Source: Clostridia bacterium DTU025 (GTDB lineage Bacteria; Bacillota; DTU025). Taken from it: 64,000 nt of DNA. The stretch's first letter is position 1; each line of letters starts with the position of its first letter. Positions 1-9,891 of the stretch are shown one piece after another. The position numbers and the translations under genes were made by a program. The notes beneath the pieces were generated by a model, which saw only the letters and a program-made list of their open reading frames with translations, had not been told where the DNA came from and searched no databases. The stretch is from NCBI GenBank assembly GCA_001513145.1, contig LFSP01000021.1:15934-79933 (forward strand), read 5' to 3'.

Positions 1-5
1 AGCCG

Positions 6-2114
6 ATGGATTTTGGACCACTGTCGTACCTCATACCGGTTAGTGCTGTGGCCTCTCTCGCAACGGCGGGCTACCTGTCCAGCTTGATAGGCAGCAAAGA
101 CCCTGGAAACGCCAAGATGCAGAGCATCTCGGAGGCAATCAAAGAAGGAGCCTACGCCTACCTGCGACGCCAGTACAAGGGCGTTGTTTTCTTCTTTGTG
201 GCCATGTTCGCCGTCCTCCTAGTGCTTGCGTCTGCAGGTCACGTAAGCTTCTTCACGCCTTTCGCCTTCCTGAGCGGCGGCTTCTTCTCCGGCCTCGCCG
301 GCTACATAGGCATGGTCACCGCCACCAAGGCAAACGCGCGGACTGCCCAGGCGGCTGCGAAGAGCCTAAACGACGGCCTGCGCCTGGCGTTCTCATCGGG
401 CTCCGTAATGGGCCTCACAGTGGTTGGCCTGTCCATGGTGCACCTCTGCCTCTGGTACTTCGGCCTCACGTGGTACTACTCCGCCATCGACGCCATAGCT
501 GACAACACAACCATGCTGAATACCATTACCTCCGTCATGCTCACGTCGGGGATGGGGGCCAGCTCCATGGCGCTGTTCGCCAGGGTGGGCGGCGGCATCT
601 TCACCAAGGCCGCCGACGTCGGGGCCGACCTGGTGGGCAAGGTTGAGCAGGGCATACCCGAGGACGACCCTCGCAATCCCGCGGTCATCGCCGACAATGT
701 CGGCGACAACGTAGGCGACGTGGCAGGAATGGGTGCCGACCTTTACGAGTCCTACGTCGGCTCCATCATAGCCACCTCGGCCCTGGGTGCGTCCATGGGG
801 ATGGGCGTGAGGTGGGTGTCGCTACCCTTCGTGCTGGCTGCCGCAGGCGTGCTGTGTTCCATAGTTGGAAGCTTCATGGTGCGCACCGGCGAGCGCGCGC
901 AGCAGTCCCTGCTCTTGGCGGCCCTCAGGCGCGGGGTGAACACCAGCTCCATCCTGATGGTGATCCTCAGCTGGTTCTTGGTGAGGGGCATCCTTGGCCC
1001 TCAATACACCGGCATCTTCTGGGCAGTCATCTCCGGCTTGGCTGCAGGCGTGGCCATCGGCCGGGTGACTGAGTACTATACATCCGCTGACTACCAGCCC
1101 ACGCAGCTGGTGGCTCGGGCGGCCATTACCGGCCCCGCCACCGTCATCATCTCCGGCACCGCCGTTGGCATGATGAGCACCGCGCTACCCATCGTCATCG
1201 TGGGCGTCGCAGTCATCGCCAGCTACTACCTGGCAGGGGGAGCAGCCAGCGAGCTGAACGGCTTGTACGGGATAGCCATCTCGGCCGTGGGCATGCTCAG
1301 CACCTTGGGGATAACCCTGGCCACTGACGCGTATGGCCCCGTCGCCGACAACGCCGGCGGTGTCGCCGAGATGGCGGGCATGCCTCCGCACGTGCGCGAG
1401 CGCACCGACGCCCTTGACTCCCTGGGCAACACCACCGCCGCCACCGGCAAGGGCTTCGCCATCGGTTCGGCCGGCCTAACGGCTTTGGCCCTGATAGCGG
1501 CCTACCGCGACCAGATCAGCATCGTGGCGCCTGACATGAACCTGGCCGTGAGCCTGATGAACCCCGCGGTGCTGGTGGGCCTGTTCATCGGTGGGATGCT
1601 TCCATTCGTGTTCTCTGCCATGACCATGCAGGCAGTGGGGCGCGCCGCCGAGAAGATCGTCGAGGAAGTGCGCAGGCAGTTCAAGGAGATTCCCGGGCTG
1701 ATGGAGGGCAAGGCCAAGCCGGACTACGCCTCGTGCGTCGGCTTGTGCACCGCCGCTGCCCAGCGCGAGATGGTTCCCCCGGCGCTTCTGGCCATCGTGG
1801 CCCCCATAGTGGTGGGCGTTCTCCTGGGAGTGGAGGGCGTGGCCGGCCTCCTCGTGGGCACCGTGGTCACGGGTTTCCTCCTTGCAGTGATGATGGCTAA
1901 CGCCGGCGGAACATGGGACAACGCCAAGAAGTACATCGAGTCAGGGAAATACGGCGGCAAGGGTTCAACGGCTCACAAGGCCGGCGTGGTCGGCGACACC
2001 GTAGGCGACCCTTACAAAGACACGGCCGGTCCGTCGCTGAACATCCTGATCAAGCTGATATCCATGGTCTCCATCGTGTTCGCGTCGGCCATCGTCTCCT
2101 TCTCCATATTCTAG
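6..2114 (+). CDS. hppA: Membrane-bound proton/sodium-translocating pyrophosphatase (V-PPase/HppA), K+-dependent type (GNTTAA motif with Ala)
   Basis: 702-aa polytopic protein with the hallmark PPase motifs ([66 protein letters not shown]). The ATG is at nt 6 at the window edge, so the true start may lie upstream. Confidence 0.9.
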   Translation: MDFGPLSYLIPVSAVASLATAGYLSSLIGSKDPGNAKMQSISEAIKEGAYAYLRRQYKGVVFFFVAMFAVLLVLASAGHVSFFTPFAFLSGGFFSGLAGYIGMVTATKANARTAQAAAKSLNDGLRLAFSSGSVMGLTVVGLSMVHLCLWYFGLTWYYSAIDAIADNTTMLNTITSVMLTSGMGASSMALFARVGGGIFTKAADVGADLVGKVEQGIPEDDPRNPAVIADNVGDNVGDVAGMGADLYESYVGSIIATSALGASMGMGVRWVSLPFVLAAAGVLCSIVGSFMVRTGERAQQSLLLAALRRGVNTSSILMVILSWFLVRGILGPQYTGIFWAVISGLAAGVAIGRVTEYYTSADYQPTQLVARAAITGPATVIISGTAVGMMSTALPIVIVGVAVIASYYLAGGAASELNGLYGIAISAVGMLSTLGITLATDAYGPVADNAGGVAEMAGMPPHVRERTDALDSLGNTTAATGKGFAIGSAGLTALALIAAYRDQISIVAPDMNLAVSLMNPAVLVGLFIGGMLPFVFSAMTMQAVGRAAEKIVEEVRRQFKEIPGLMEGKAKPDYASCVGLCTAAAQREMVPPALLAIVAPIVVGVLLGVEGVAGLLVGTVVTGFLLAVMMANAGGTWDNAKKYIESGKYGGKGSTAHKAGVVGDTVGDPYKDTAGPSLNILIKLISMVSIVFASAIVSFSIF

Positions 2115-2278
2115 GCATGACGCCGTGAACATCCGCGGCGAGCGTCCTACCGGGAGCGTCAAACCGCACGAGGGAGCCGCCGGCAGGCTGGGCCGTGCAA
2201 GCCGACCCATGGACGGGTCGCTTTCGTCCAGTTTCGGCCTGCCGGTGGGGCGTTTACGCACGATCGCGGCGCGGACAG

Positions 2279-2380
2279 CGGAGCGCTTCATTGCGCTTCA
2301 CGACATCGATGATGGCACAACGCGTGTAGCGGGGAAAAGGCACAGCCGGCGCTGAGGCGCCGGCTTCCTTCTTCAATCCA
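2279..2380 (+). repeat. Copy A of a ~100-nt repeated structured intergenic element (P1 hairpin, conserved AUGGCACAACGC core, GC-rich 9-bp hairpin AGCCGGCGC-N3-GCGCCGGCU)
   Basis: About 83% identical to 34839-34940 over ~100 nt, including one C-G to U-G change that preserves P1 pairing. Lies 165 nt downstream of the hppA stop. Confidence 0.5.
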
Positions 2381-2574
2381 CTGCAGGCGGAGAGACCAGG
2401 GTGCCCCATGGATAGGTCGCGTCGAGGTCACGCCAAACCGACCCACCGGCGGGTTGTCGCCGCCGCGGCGCCCCCCTGCTCTTTGACGCTCACCATCCGC
2501 GGCGCCTAGGAGGCCTAGGAACAGGAACACGGGCGTGGAGTAAGCTCACCATGTGGGCGGCCCCACGCCCTCAT

Positions 2575-2605
2575 TTAATTGTTGACGCGTGTATGATACT
2601 ATAAT
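2575..2605 (+). promoter_or_regulatory. Candidate sigma-A promoter for gpmI (-10 TATAAT at ~2600-2605; -35 ambiguous among TTAATT/TTGTTG/TTGACG)
   Basis: Perfect TATAAT hexamer ~75 nt upstream of the gpmI start. Spacing to the candidate -35 hexamers is suboptimal. Confidence 0.3.
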
Positions 2606-2681
2606 CCTGCTGTCTGGCTGGGCCTGACGGCTGAGGCGTCTCAATGGGGGGTGCTTTTCCATTAGGATATACAAACCGGTT

Positions 2682-4196
2682 GTGCTAGTCATCATGGACG
2701 GCTGGGGCTATGCGCCGCCTTCGCCCGGCAACGCGATAGCTGCTGCACATACTCCAGTTTACGATAAGCTCCTTGCGGAATTCCCCTGGACCACGCTGCC
2801 TGCGCACGGCGAGGCCGTGGGACTGCCAGCGGGGCAGATGGGCGGTTCGGAAGTGGGCCACCTATGCCTGGGCGCAGGGCGGATCGTGTACCAGGATCTC
2901 ACCTACCTGAACAAGCTCGTCGAGGAGGGCGAGTTCCAGCGGAACCAGGTGCTGCTGGAGGCCATGAACAGGGTCGTTGCCTCGAGCAAGGCGCTGCACC
3001 TCATGGGCCTGGTGTCGCCCGGCGGGGTGCACTCGCACCAGGATCACATCTACACGCTGGTGGAGATGGCCAAGAAGGCAGGCGTCGGGCAGGTTTTCAT
3101 CCACGCCTTCCTCGACGGCAGGGACGTGCCGCCTGCCAGCGCCCTCCCGTTCATCGATGAGCTGGAGGCGAGGCTTTCCGAGATCGGCCTCGGGCGCATA
3201 GCCACCGTGAGCGGCCGTTACTACGCGATGGATCGCGACAACCGCTGGGATCGCACCAAGCGCGCATGGGATGCTATGGTGCATGGGGTTGGAGCCACCG
3301 CCACGAGCGCCAGGGCCGGCATCGAGGCGTCCTACGCCGCCGGCGTGACAGACGAGTTCGTGCTGCCCATAGTCATCGTTGACGACGACGGAGCCCCTCT
3401 CGCCACGGTGTCAGACGGCGACTCGTTGATCTTCTTCAACTTCAGGGGAGACAGGGCGCGCCAGCTAACGCAGGCCTTCAATATTGAGGAATTCGACAAG
3501 TTCGATCGGGGCCGCCGCCCGAGGGTTCACTACGTGTGCATGATGAAGTACCTCGACGCTGACATCCCCGTGGCCTTCAGCATGCCAGAGCCCCATCACG
3601 GCCTGGCCGAAACCCTCGCCCTCCACGGGCGCACCCAGCTTCACGCCGCCGAAACGGAGAAGTTCGCGCACGTGACGTTCTTCTTCAATGGGGGCCGAGA
3701 GAGGCCGTTCACTGGAGAGTACAGGGTGCTGGTGCCGTCTCCGAAAGTGGCAACCTATGACCTGATGCCCGAGATGAGCGCTGCGGGCGTGGCGGAGGAG
3801 GCCGTGAAGTGCATCCTCTCGGGCCATTTCGATTTCGCCGTGATAAACTTCGCCAACTGCGACATGGTGGGGCACACCGGCGTGTTCGATGCCGCTGTGA
3901 AGGCGGTGGAGGCTGTGGACAGGTGCGTCGGCCAGGTGTGGGATGCGGTTCGAAGCGTGGGGGGCGCGCTCCTCGTCACGGCGGATCACGGCAACGCCGA
4001 CGCCATGGTGGACCATGACACCGGCGGGCCCAGCACGGCGCACTCGCTGAACCCGGTGCCATTCATACTTGCGGGAACCGAGGCGCGCCGCCTGCGTGAC
4101 GGGGGCAACTTCGGCGACGTGGCCCCCACCATCCTCGAGCTCATGGGCATTCAGCAGCCGGCTGCCATGACGGGGGCGTCGCTCATAGCGGGGTAG
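2682..4196 (+). CDS. gpmI: 2,3-bisphosphoglycerate-independent phosphoglycerate mutase
   Basis: N-terminal KPVVLVIMDGWGY motif and length and motifs typical of iPGM (GSEVGHL, metal-binding Asp/His). GTG start at 2682. Confidence 0.92.
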   Translation: MLVIMDGWGYAPPSPGNAIAAAHTPVYDKLLAEFPWTTLPAHGEAVGLPAGQMGGSEVGHLCLGAGRIVYQDLTYLNKLVEEGEFQRNQVLLEAMNRVVASSKALHLMGLVSPGGVHSHQDHIYTLVEMAKKAGVGQVFIHAFLDGRDVPPASALPFIDELEARLSEIGLGRIATVSGRYYAMDRDNRWDRTKRAWDAMVHGVGATATSARAGIEASYAAGVTDEFVLPIVIVDDDGAPLATVSDGDSLIFFNFRGDRARQLTQAFNIEEFDKFDRGRRPRVHYVCMMKYLDADIPVAFSMPEPHHGLAETLALHGRTQLHAAETEKFAHVTFFFNGGRERPFTGEYRVLVPSPKVATYDLMPEMSAAGVAEEAVKCILSGHFDFAVINFANCDMVGHTGVFDAAVKAVEAVDRCVGQVWDAVRSVGGALLVTADHGNADAMVDHDTGGPSTAHSLNPVPFILAGTEARRLRDGGNFGDVAPTILELMGIQQPAAMTGASLIAG

Positions 4197-4570
4197 GGCG
4201 ATAGATGAAACCTGGCCGAGGCGAAGCTGTGAGCCAGCGCCTTCACCTGCAGGTAAAGCGCCGCGTTGGAGCGGCTGGGGGGCGCGTTCCTGTTCAGCGC
4301 CTCCACTGCAGGGGCCGAATCGGAGTACACTATAACGTTCCTGGCCTTGAGCTGCTTTGCGACCCGAAGCCCGTAAAGCACCGCGCCGATGCTGGCGTCG
4401 CGGTGGGCCGTTGGACCGTCCGGCACCTCGTGCTCTATCGGGGCTACCAGCTCGGCGATGACCTTTCCCGATGGACGCTGTATCGTGGTGATGGCGTTCC
4501 AGCGGGATCCGGCGGGGCCCGGCGCGTAGCACGGCACCGCTGAAGTGTAAACGCGGAAGACGTTATTCAT
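4151..4570 (-). CDS. Small RNase H-like domain protein (RVT_3 / RNase H-like fold)
   Basis: The ORF 4151..4708 is trimmed to the internal ATG (MNNVFRVYTS...), which has GGAGG 9 nt upstream. The motif NVIVYSDSAPAVEAL...AALYLQVKALAHSF resembles RNase H / RVT_3 domains. Its 3' end overlaps the gpmI 3' end by 46 nt. Confidence 0.45.
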   Translation of the reverse strand: MNNVFRVYTSAVPCYAPGPAGSRWNAITTIQRPSGKVIAELVAPIEHEVPDGPTAHRDASIGAVLYGLRVAKQLKARNVIVYSDSAPAVEALNRNAPPSRSNAALYLQVKALAHSFASARFHLSPYPAMSDAPVMAAGC

Positions 4571-4693
4571 CCTGGGCCGCCTCCTCATAATAGTAGCTGA
4601 CACCGCTAGAACGTGCATTCTCTCTAACCAGAGATTAACACGAACATACGTTCTAGTCAAGTGCCATGTGCGCTTTGCCAAGATAAGTAACCG

Positions 4694-6238
4694 ATGACAT
4701 CGGTACAAAAGGAGAAACGATACCCAGTGTCAAAGCATTTCGGTGCAGGCAATGACCCGCTGCACATCCGCCTCGACGAGTTCAGCGCTCCGCTGTTCCA
4801 GGCCCTGCTGGCCTACCAGCGCCTCGCGCCGGTAAGGTTCCACATGCCGGGCCACAAGGGCGGGCCGGGCTATCCGCTTGAGGTGGCAGAGGCGTTCCGC
4901 CGCCACATGTTCGGGATGGACGTCACCGAAACCCGTGGCCTTGACAACCTCCACGTGCCTTCCGGCGTGATCAGGGACGCGCAGGCCCTGGCCGCGCGCA
5001 CCTTCGGCGCGGACCACACGTTCTTCCTTACCAACGGCACCACCGCCGGCGTGCACGCCATGATCATGACCACGTGTAAGGAAGGGCAGAAGATCGTCAT
5101 CCCCCGCGACGCGCACCTTTCGGTGATCGGCGGCGTGATCCTGGCTGGGTTGGTGCCGGTGTTCGTGTACCCCACCATCGACCCGGAGTGGGGCATAAGC
5201 GTGGGCATCCCCCTGGAGGAGTACGAGCGGGCGCTGAAGGAGCATCCCGACGCCAAGGCCTGCCTCATCACCCGCCCCAACTACTACGGCATGGCGTGGG
5301 ACCTCAAGCCGCTGGTGAAGCTCTGTCACGATCATGGGATCCCCCTCCTTGTAGACGAGGCCCACGGAGCGCACCTGCACCTGCACGAGGATCTGCCTCT
5401 TTCCGCCGTAGACATGGGCGCCGACATGGTGGTGCAGAGCACCCACAAGACGCTGGGTTCCTTCACCGGAAGCTCCATGCTGCACCTTGTGGGCAACAGG
5501 ATACCGCCTGACCGCGTGCAGCGCATGCTGGCGATACTCCAGTCCACCAGCCCGTCGTACCTGCTGATGACTTCGCTCGACATCGCCGCCACCGTGGTGC
5601 GCATGCGCGGCCACCAGCTCATGGAGAAGGCCCTGGAGCTGTCTGCCCGGGCCCGCAAACGCCTCGCTGAGGTCGAGGGCGTCCGCGTTCTGGACCGCCC
5701 CGGCATGGACAGGCTGAAGCTCACGGTCTCCATGGTGAATAGGGGGATCGCCGGTTACGAGCTCAAGAGCAAGCTCATGGACGAGTACAACGTCAGGGTA
5801 GAGCTTGCTGACTTCGAGAACGTCGTCGCCTTCATCACCTACGCCGATACCGTTGAAACCGTGGATGCCCTGGTTGACGCCATCAAAGGCCTTTCTGAAC
5901 AGGGAGACCGGGGCGTGCGGGCCCGGGTGCACGCAGGCGACCAGGCCAGGTTCACCAGTGCGCTGTTCGCGCCGGCAGAGCGGGCGCTTCTGCCCAGACA
6001 GGCCACGCTGGCTGCGCACGAGCTCATCAAGCTGTCGCAGGCGGAGGGCAGGGTATGCGCCGAGGTGGTGGCGCCCTACCCTCCGGGCATCCCGCTGCTA
6101 TACCCTGGCGAGGTCATCGACAGCGAGCACCTGGACGTGATCGACACCGCCTTAAGCCTGGGCGCGGCGTTCCGGGGCCTGGCGGCCGGGTCAGACGGAG
6201 GCCTGGTGGTCACAGTTGTTAAGGACGTAAAGAGGTAG
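4694..6238 (+). CDS. Orn/Lys/Arg decarboxylase family PLP enzyme (B. subtilis YaaO-like)
   Basis: 514 aa with HMPGHKGG near the N-terminus and a PLP-lysine region (STHKTLGS). Sits directly upstream of tmk, as in Bacillus. The true start may be the GTG at ~4727. Confidence 0.85.
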   Translation: MTSVQKEKRYPVSKHFGAGNDPLHIRLDEFSAPLFQALLAYQRLAPVRFHMPGHKGGPGYPLEVAEAFRRHMFGMDVTETRGLDNLHVPSGVIRDAQALAARTFGADHTFFLTNGTTAGVHAMIMTTCKEGQKIVIPRDAHLSVIGGVILAGLVPVFVYPTIDPEWGISVGIPLEEYERALKEHPDAKACLITRPNYYGMAWDLKPLVKLCHDHGIPLLVDEAHGAHLHLHEDLPLSAVDMGADMVVQSTHKTLGSFTGSSMLHLVGNRIPPDRVQRMLAILQSTSPSYLLMTSLDIAATVVRMRGHQLMEKALELSARARKRLAEVEGVRVLDRPGMDRLKLTVSMVNRGIAGYELKSKLMDEYNVRVELADFENVVAFITYADTVETVDALVDAIKGLSEQGDRGVRARVHAGDQARFTSALFAPAERALLPRQATLAAHELIKLSQAEGRVCAEVVAPYPPGIPLLYPGEVIDSEHLDVIDTALSLGAAFRGLAAGSDGGLVVTVVKDVKR

Positions 6239-6244
6239 ACGGCT

Positions 6245-6991
6245 ATGCCATCTGGTTGGGGCGTTTTCATAAGCTTCGAGGGGCCTGACGGCAGCGGCAA
6301 GTCAACGCAGGTGCGAAAGCTTGCCGAGGCCCTGTCGCGCCTGGGCTACGACGTGGCCACCGCGTCGGAGCCCGGCGGCACCGCCATTGGCAGGCGCATC
6401 AGGGAGATAATACTTGACACCCGATCAGCCGGTCTGCACGGGGTGACGGAGTTCCTGCTCTTCGCAGCCGACAGGGCGCAGGATGTGCACGAGGTGATAC
6501 TCCCGGCGCTTCGGGCAGGCAGGGTCGTGCTGGCCGACAGGTTCGTCGATTCCAGCCTGGCTTACCAGGCCCACGGGCTCGGCATGGACCTAGACTCCGT
6601 GCTTTCGGCCAACAGGATAGCCACCGACGGTCTCCGCCCCGACCTCACGTTGCTTCTCGACATCGACGTCGCCGAGGGCGTGGCCCGGGCCAAGGGCAGG
6701 AGCCACGGTGACAGGATTGAGGAGCGCATGCTTGAGTTCCACCAGCGCGTGCGCGACGCCTACCACCAGATGGCCGCCGCCGAGCCGGACAGGTTCCGCG
6801 TCATCGACGTGACGGGGAAGCCCGCAGAGAGCGTGCACGAAGAGGTGCTCGCCCAGGTTCTTGACTTCCTGGCCGCGCGCGGGGTGGAGCGGCGCCGGTC
6901 TGGGCGGGTCCAGGAGGAGAGGAAAGGGGGGCCGGCCTGCCATGCCCACCATGGAGATCCTGGGGCAGCAGGAGGCCATAAAGAAGCTTGA
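6245..6991 (+). CDS. tmk: Thymidylate kinase
   Basis: ISFEGPDGSGKSTQ P-loop, DRF/LID motifs, RBS GAGG 9 nt upstream. The C-terminal ~40 aa is low-complexity and overlaps the holB start. Confidence 0.9.
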   Translation: MPSGWGVFISFEGPDGSGKSTQVRKLAEALSRLGYDVATASEPGGTAIGRRIREIILDTRSAGLHGVTEFLLFAADRAQDVHEVILPALRAGRVVLADRFVDSSLAYQAHGLGMDLDSVLSANRIATDGLRPDLTLLLDIDVAEGVARAKGRSHGDRIEERMLEFHQRVRDAYHQMAAAEPDRFRVIDVTGKPAESVHEEVLAQVLDFLAARGVERRRSGRVQEERKGGPACHAHHGDPGAAGGHKEA

Positions 6992-8123
6992 CGCCGAGCT
7001 GATCTCCGGGACGCTATCACATGCATATATGATCTGGGGCCCGCCGGGAAGCGGCCGCGCCATGCTGGCGAAGGGGCTCGCCGTGGCGGCCAACTGCACC
7101 GGCCGCGCCGACATGCCAGCCGAGAGCCTGCGGGGGCTATGGCATTGCGGAAAGTGCAGGAACTGCGCGAAGCTGCTGTCTGACGCGCACCCCGATTATG
7201 CTGTGGTGCGCCCGGAGGGCGCATCAATCGGGATCGATGAGGTAAGAGAGATGCAGTCCCGGATCTCGCTGAGGCCCGGCGAGAGCCACCTCAAGACGTG
7301 GGTGATCGAGGACGCCCACGCCATGACCGAGCCGGCCCAGAACTGCCTGCTTAAGGTGCTGGAGGAGCCTCCGGGGCACGCCCTCATCATCCTGCTGCTG
7401 GACGACGAGGACATGGTGTTGCCCACCATCGCGTCCCGGTGCCACAGCGTCCGACTTGGCACCGTCGACAGGGCGACTCTGGTGGATTGGGGCCAGCGTG
7501 AGCTGGGGCTCAGCGCGGAGCGCGCGGCGACGCTGGCGGCGCTTTCAGGGGGCCTGCCGGGCAGGATGGCCAGGCTGGCGAACGATCCGGCGTACTTCAA
7601 ACTCCGCGGCGAGATACTGTCGACCGTGCGCGGAGTGATGTGGTGCGGCGACGGAGGCAAGGCGCTTGCGGCGTCAGAGCGCCTGATGAGGATCTTCAGG
7701 AACCCAAGGGCGGAAGCGGACGCGGCCGACGGGGTCGAGGGCGCCGAAGACGATGACGCCGCAGAAAGCGCGGCAGGCAAGGAGGGCAAGGCGAGCAGGA
7801 CGGGCAAGGCAAGCAAGGCGAGCAAGGCGAGCGCCAACAGCTCCGAGGCTGCGTCCATCCGCAAGCCTCGGGGCGCCTGCGACCTTATCGCCAGTTACAT
7901 GCGGGACGCGCTGACGCTTTCGCTTGGCGGCGGCCGCGATATGCTGATCAACGCGGACCTCGCCGACGAGCTCGAGCAGGACGCCGGACGCGGTCAGCCC
8001 GAGCAGTTCAAGCGCTGGGCAGAGAGGTGTATCGACACAGGCGAGGCGGTGGACGCCAACGCCAACGTGCAGCTGGCGCTGGACGCCCTCATGCTGCAAT
8101 TCGCGCTGCCTATGCTCTGTTGA
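6942..8123 (+). CDS. holB: DNA polymerase III delta-prime subunit
   Basis: GPPGSGRAMLAKGLA P-loop, Zn module C..GKCRNC, and box motifs. Start trimmed to MPTMEILGQQ with a GGAGAGG RBS. Carries a KA-rich C-proximal repeat (GKASKASKAS). Confidence 0.85.
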   Translation: MPTMEILGQQEAIKKLDAELISGTLSHAYMIWGPPGSGRAMLAKGLAVAANCTGRADMPAESLRGLWHCGKCRNCAKLLSDAHPDYAVVRPEGASIGIDEVREMQSRISLRPGESHLKTWVIEDAHAMTEPAQNCLLKVLEEPPGHALIILLLDDEDMVLPTIASRCHSVRLGTVDRATLVDWGQRELGLSAERAATLAALSGGLPGRMARLANDPAYFKLRGEILSTVRGVMWCGDGGKALAASERLMRIFRNPRAEADAADGVEGAEDDDAAESAAGKEGKASRTGKASKASKASANSSEAASIRKPRGACDLIASYMRDALTLSLGGGRDMLINADLADELEQDAGRGQPEQFKRWAERCIDTGEAVDANANVQLALDALMLQFALPMLC

Positions 8124-8156
8124 CGCCGCTGCCCTAGTGAGAGGATGCCTTGATAC

Positions 8157-9110
8157 ATGGTCAAGATAGTTGGGGTTCGGTTCAAGAAAGCCGGAAAGAT
8201 ATATTACTTCGACCCGGGCGACCTGGAGCTCGCATCTGGCATGCACGTCATCGTGGAGACCGTCAGAGGCATCGAGCACGGCCAGGTGGTGGTGGGGCCG
8301 AAGTTCGTGCCTGAAGACGATATCGTCCAGCCGCTGAAGCAGGTCATCAGGATAGCCACGGAGGCCGACGCCAGGCAGGTGGAGGAGAACCGCCGCAAGG
8401 CTGAACGCGCCTTCGACATTGGGCTCGCTAAGATCGCGTCCCACGGCCTGCCCATGAAGCTGGTGGACGTGGAATACACATTCGACAACAGCAAGATAAT
8501 CTTCTACTTCACCGCTGACGGCCGCGTCGACTTCCGCGAGCTGGTGCGCGACCTCGCGTCGGTCTTTAGGGTGCGCATCGAGCTTAGGCAGATAGGGGTC
8601 AGGGACGAAGCAAAGATGCTGGGCGGCATCGGCCCCTGCGGACGTCCGCTCTGCTGCGCCACGTTCCTGGGTGACTTCGAGCCGGTATCCATCAAGATGG
8701 CAAAGGAGCAGAACCTGTCGCTCAATCCCACCAAGATCTCTGGGATCTGCGGCAGGCTCATGTGCTGCCTGAAGTACGAGTATTGCCCTAAGCGCGCCCC
8801 GGGAAGCGTGCCCCACAGCGAACTGCCGGAGCCCGGCACCGAAGTGATGACGGAAGATGGCTGCGGGCGGGTGCTTTCGATCGATCCCGCCACATCGTCG
8901 GTTACGGTGCAGTTCTCCGACGGCAGGACGTGCTCGTTCCCTGCTGATAGCGTCGAGCCGGTGAACGGCGGGTGCGAGGGCGCTTGCGAGGGTAGCTGTG
9001 GTGGCGCCTGTGCCGGTAGCTCCGACGATAGCTGCGATGGGGGCACCGGTGGCGGCAATGGCGCCGGTGGCGGCTGCGGTGGTGGCTGCGATGGACGCGC
9101 CGAGAGCTGA
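8157..9110 (+). CDS. ricT: PSP1-domain stage 0 sporulation / RNase Y regulator protein YaaT (RicT), with a Cys/Gly-rich C-terminal tail
   Basis: MVKIVGVRFKKAGKIYYFDPGDLEL... strongly resembles YaaT. Cys-rich region CGRPLCCATF...CGRLMCCLKYEYC plus an extended CEGACEGSCGGAC tail. Confidence 0.85.
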   Translation: MVKIVGVRFKKAGKIYYFDPGDLELASGMHVIVETVRGIEHGQVVVGPKFVPEDDIVQPLKQVIRIATEADARQVEENRRKAERAFDIGLAKIASHGLPMKLVDVEYTFDNSKIIFYFTADGRVDFRELVRDLASVFRVRIELRQIGVRDEAKMLGGIGPCGRPLCCATFLGDFEPVSIKMAKEQNLSLNPTKISGICGRLMCCLKYEYCPKRAPGSVPHSELPEPGTEVMTEDGCGRVLSIDPATSSVTVQFSDGRTCSFPADSVEPVNGGCEGACEGSCGGACAGSSDDSCDGGTGGGNGAGGGCGGGCDGRAES

Positions 9111-9891
9111 TCGAGGCGGGCTGGTGAGGCCCCACGAGCGCGTTGACGACCTGCAGCGGTCGGGGCTGGTGATAATACAGAACCCGGTGGGGTTCCGCTT
9201 CGGCATGGACGCAGTGTTCCTCGCGGAGTTCGCCACGGTGCGCGATACCGACCGCGTGATCGACCTCGGCACCGGAACCGGCGTGATCCCGCTCCTGCTC
9301 TGGGCGCGCCGCCGGCCCAGGAGCATCGTGGGCGTGGAGATATTGGAGGACGTGGCTGACATGGCCGCCCGCAGCGTCAAGCTCAACGGCCTGGAGGAGC
9401 ACATCAGCATCCTCCAGGGCGACCTGCGCGACGCCCCGGCCAGGTTCGGGCGGGAGCAGTTCGACGTGGTGACGGCGAACCCACCGTACATGAAGGCCGG
9501 CTGCGGCATCCTGCCTGGCCAGGCCAGCAGGGCCCATGACGCGCAACCAGACGGGGCCGGCGGCGCAGGTAGGGCCGAGGCCAGGCACGAGGTGCTGTGC
9601 ACCCTCGAGGACGTCATCGCCTCCGCCGCCGCCCTGCTCAAGAGCAGGGGTCGGCTGGCCATGGTGTACCGCCCCGTGCGCCTCGTTGACCTGATCTGTG
9701 CGCTGCGCGCCCGCAAGCTGGAGCCCCGTAGGATCCGGTTCGTGCACGGCCGCGCGGAGCTCGTCCCAATGATGGTGCTGGTGGAGGCGGTGAAGAACGT
9801 CAAGCCCGACTTGAAGGTTCTGCCTCCTCTTATCATATATGGCGATAACGGCGGCTACACGCCTGAGGTCGTGAGGATCTACGAGGGATGA
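9091..9891 (+). CDS. Class I SAM-dependent methyltransferase, YabB / tRNA (adenine37-N6)-methyltransferase-like
   Basis: VIDLGTGTGVIPLLLW SAM motif and NPPY motif (DVVTANPPYMKAG). Occupies the position of yabB in the Bacillus order. Start trimmed to the ATG at 9091, overlapping the ricT stop. Confidence 0.7.
   Translation: MDAPRADRGGLVRPHERVDDLQRSGLVIIQNPVGFRFGMDAVFLAEFATVRDTDRVIDLGTGTGVIPLLLWARRRPRSIVGVEILEDVADMAARSVKLNGLEEHISILQGDLRDAPARFGREQFDVVTANPPYMKAGCGILPGQASRAHDAQPDGAGGAGRAEARHEVLCTLEDVIASAAALLKSRGRLAMVYRPVRLVDLICALRARKLEPRRIRFVHGRAELVPMMVLVEAVKNVKPDLKVLPPLIIYGDNGGYTPEVVRIYEG

Noticed and set aside
2125-2355. Conserved small ORFs encoding ...DGTTRVAGKRHSRR / ...DGTTHVVGKRQSRR within the two repeat copies
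   Set aside because: The similarity is at nucleotide level, and the reading frames and stops differ between copies. The peptide similarity is a consequence of the DNA repeat, not of a conserved protein.
7674-9836. 720-aa minus-strand ORF (and similar long antisense ORFs at 3465-4532, 4730-6019, 12050-13093, 14807-16165, 30620-31936, 39008-39925, 42765-43664, 49801-51771, 54494-56149, 61364-62509)
   Set aside because: Each lies antisense to a confidently identified conserved gene (holB/yaaT, gpmI, the decarboxylase, metG and so on). Each has Arg/Ala/Pro/Gly-rich low-complexity translations typical of GC-rich antisense frames and no recognisable motifs.
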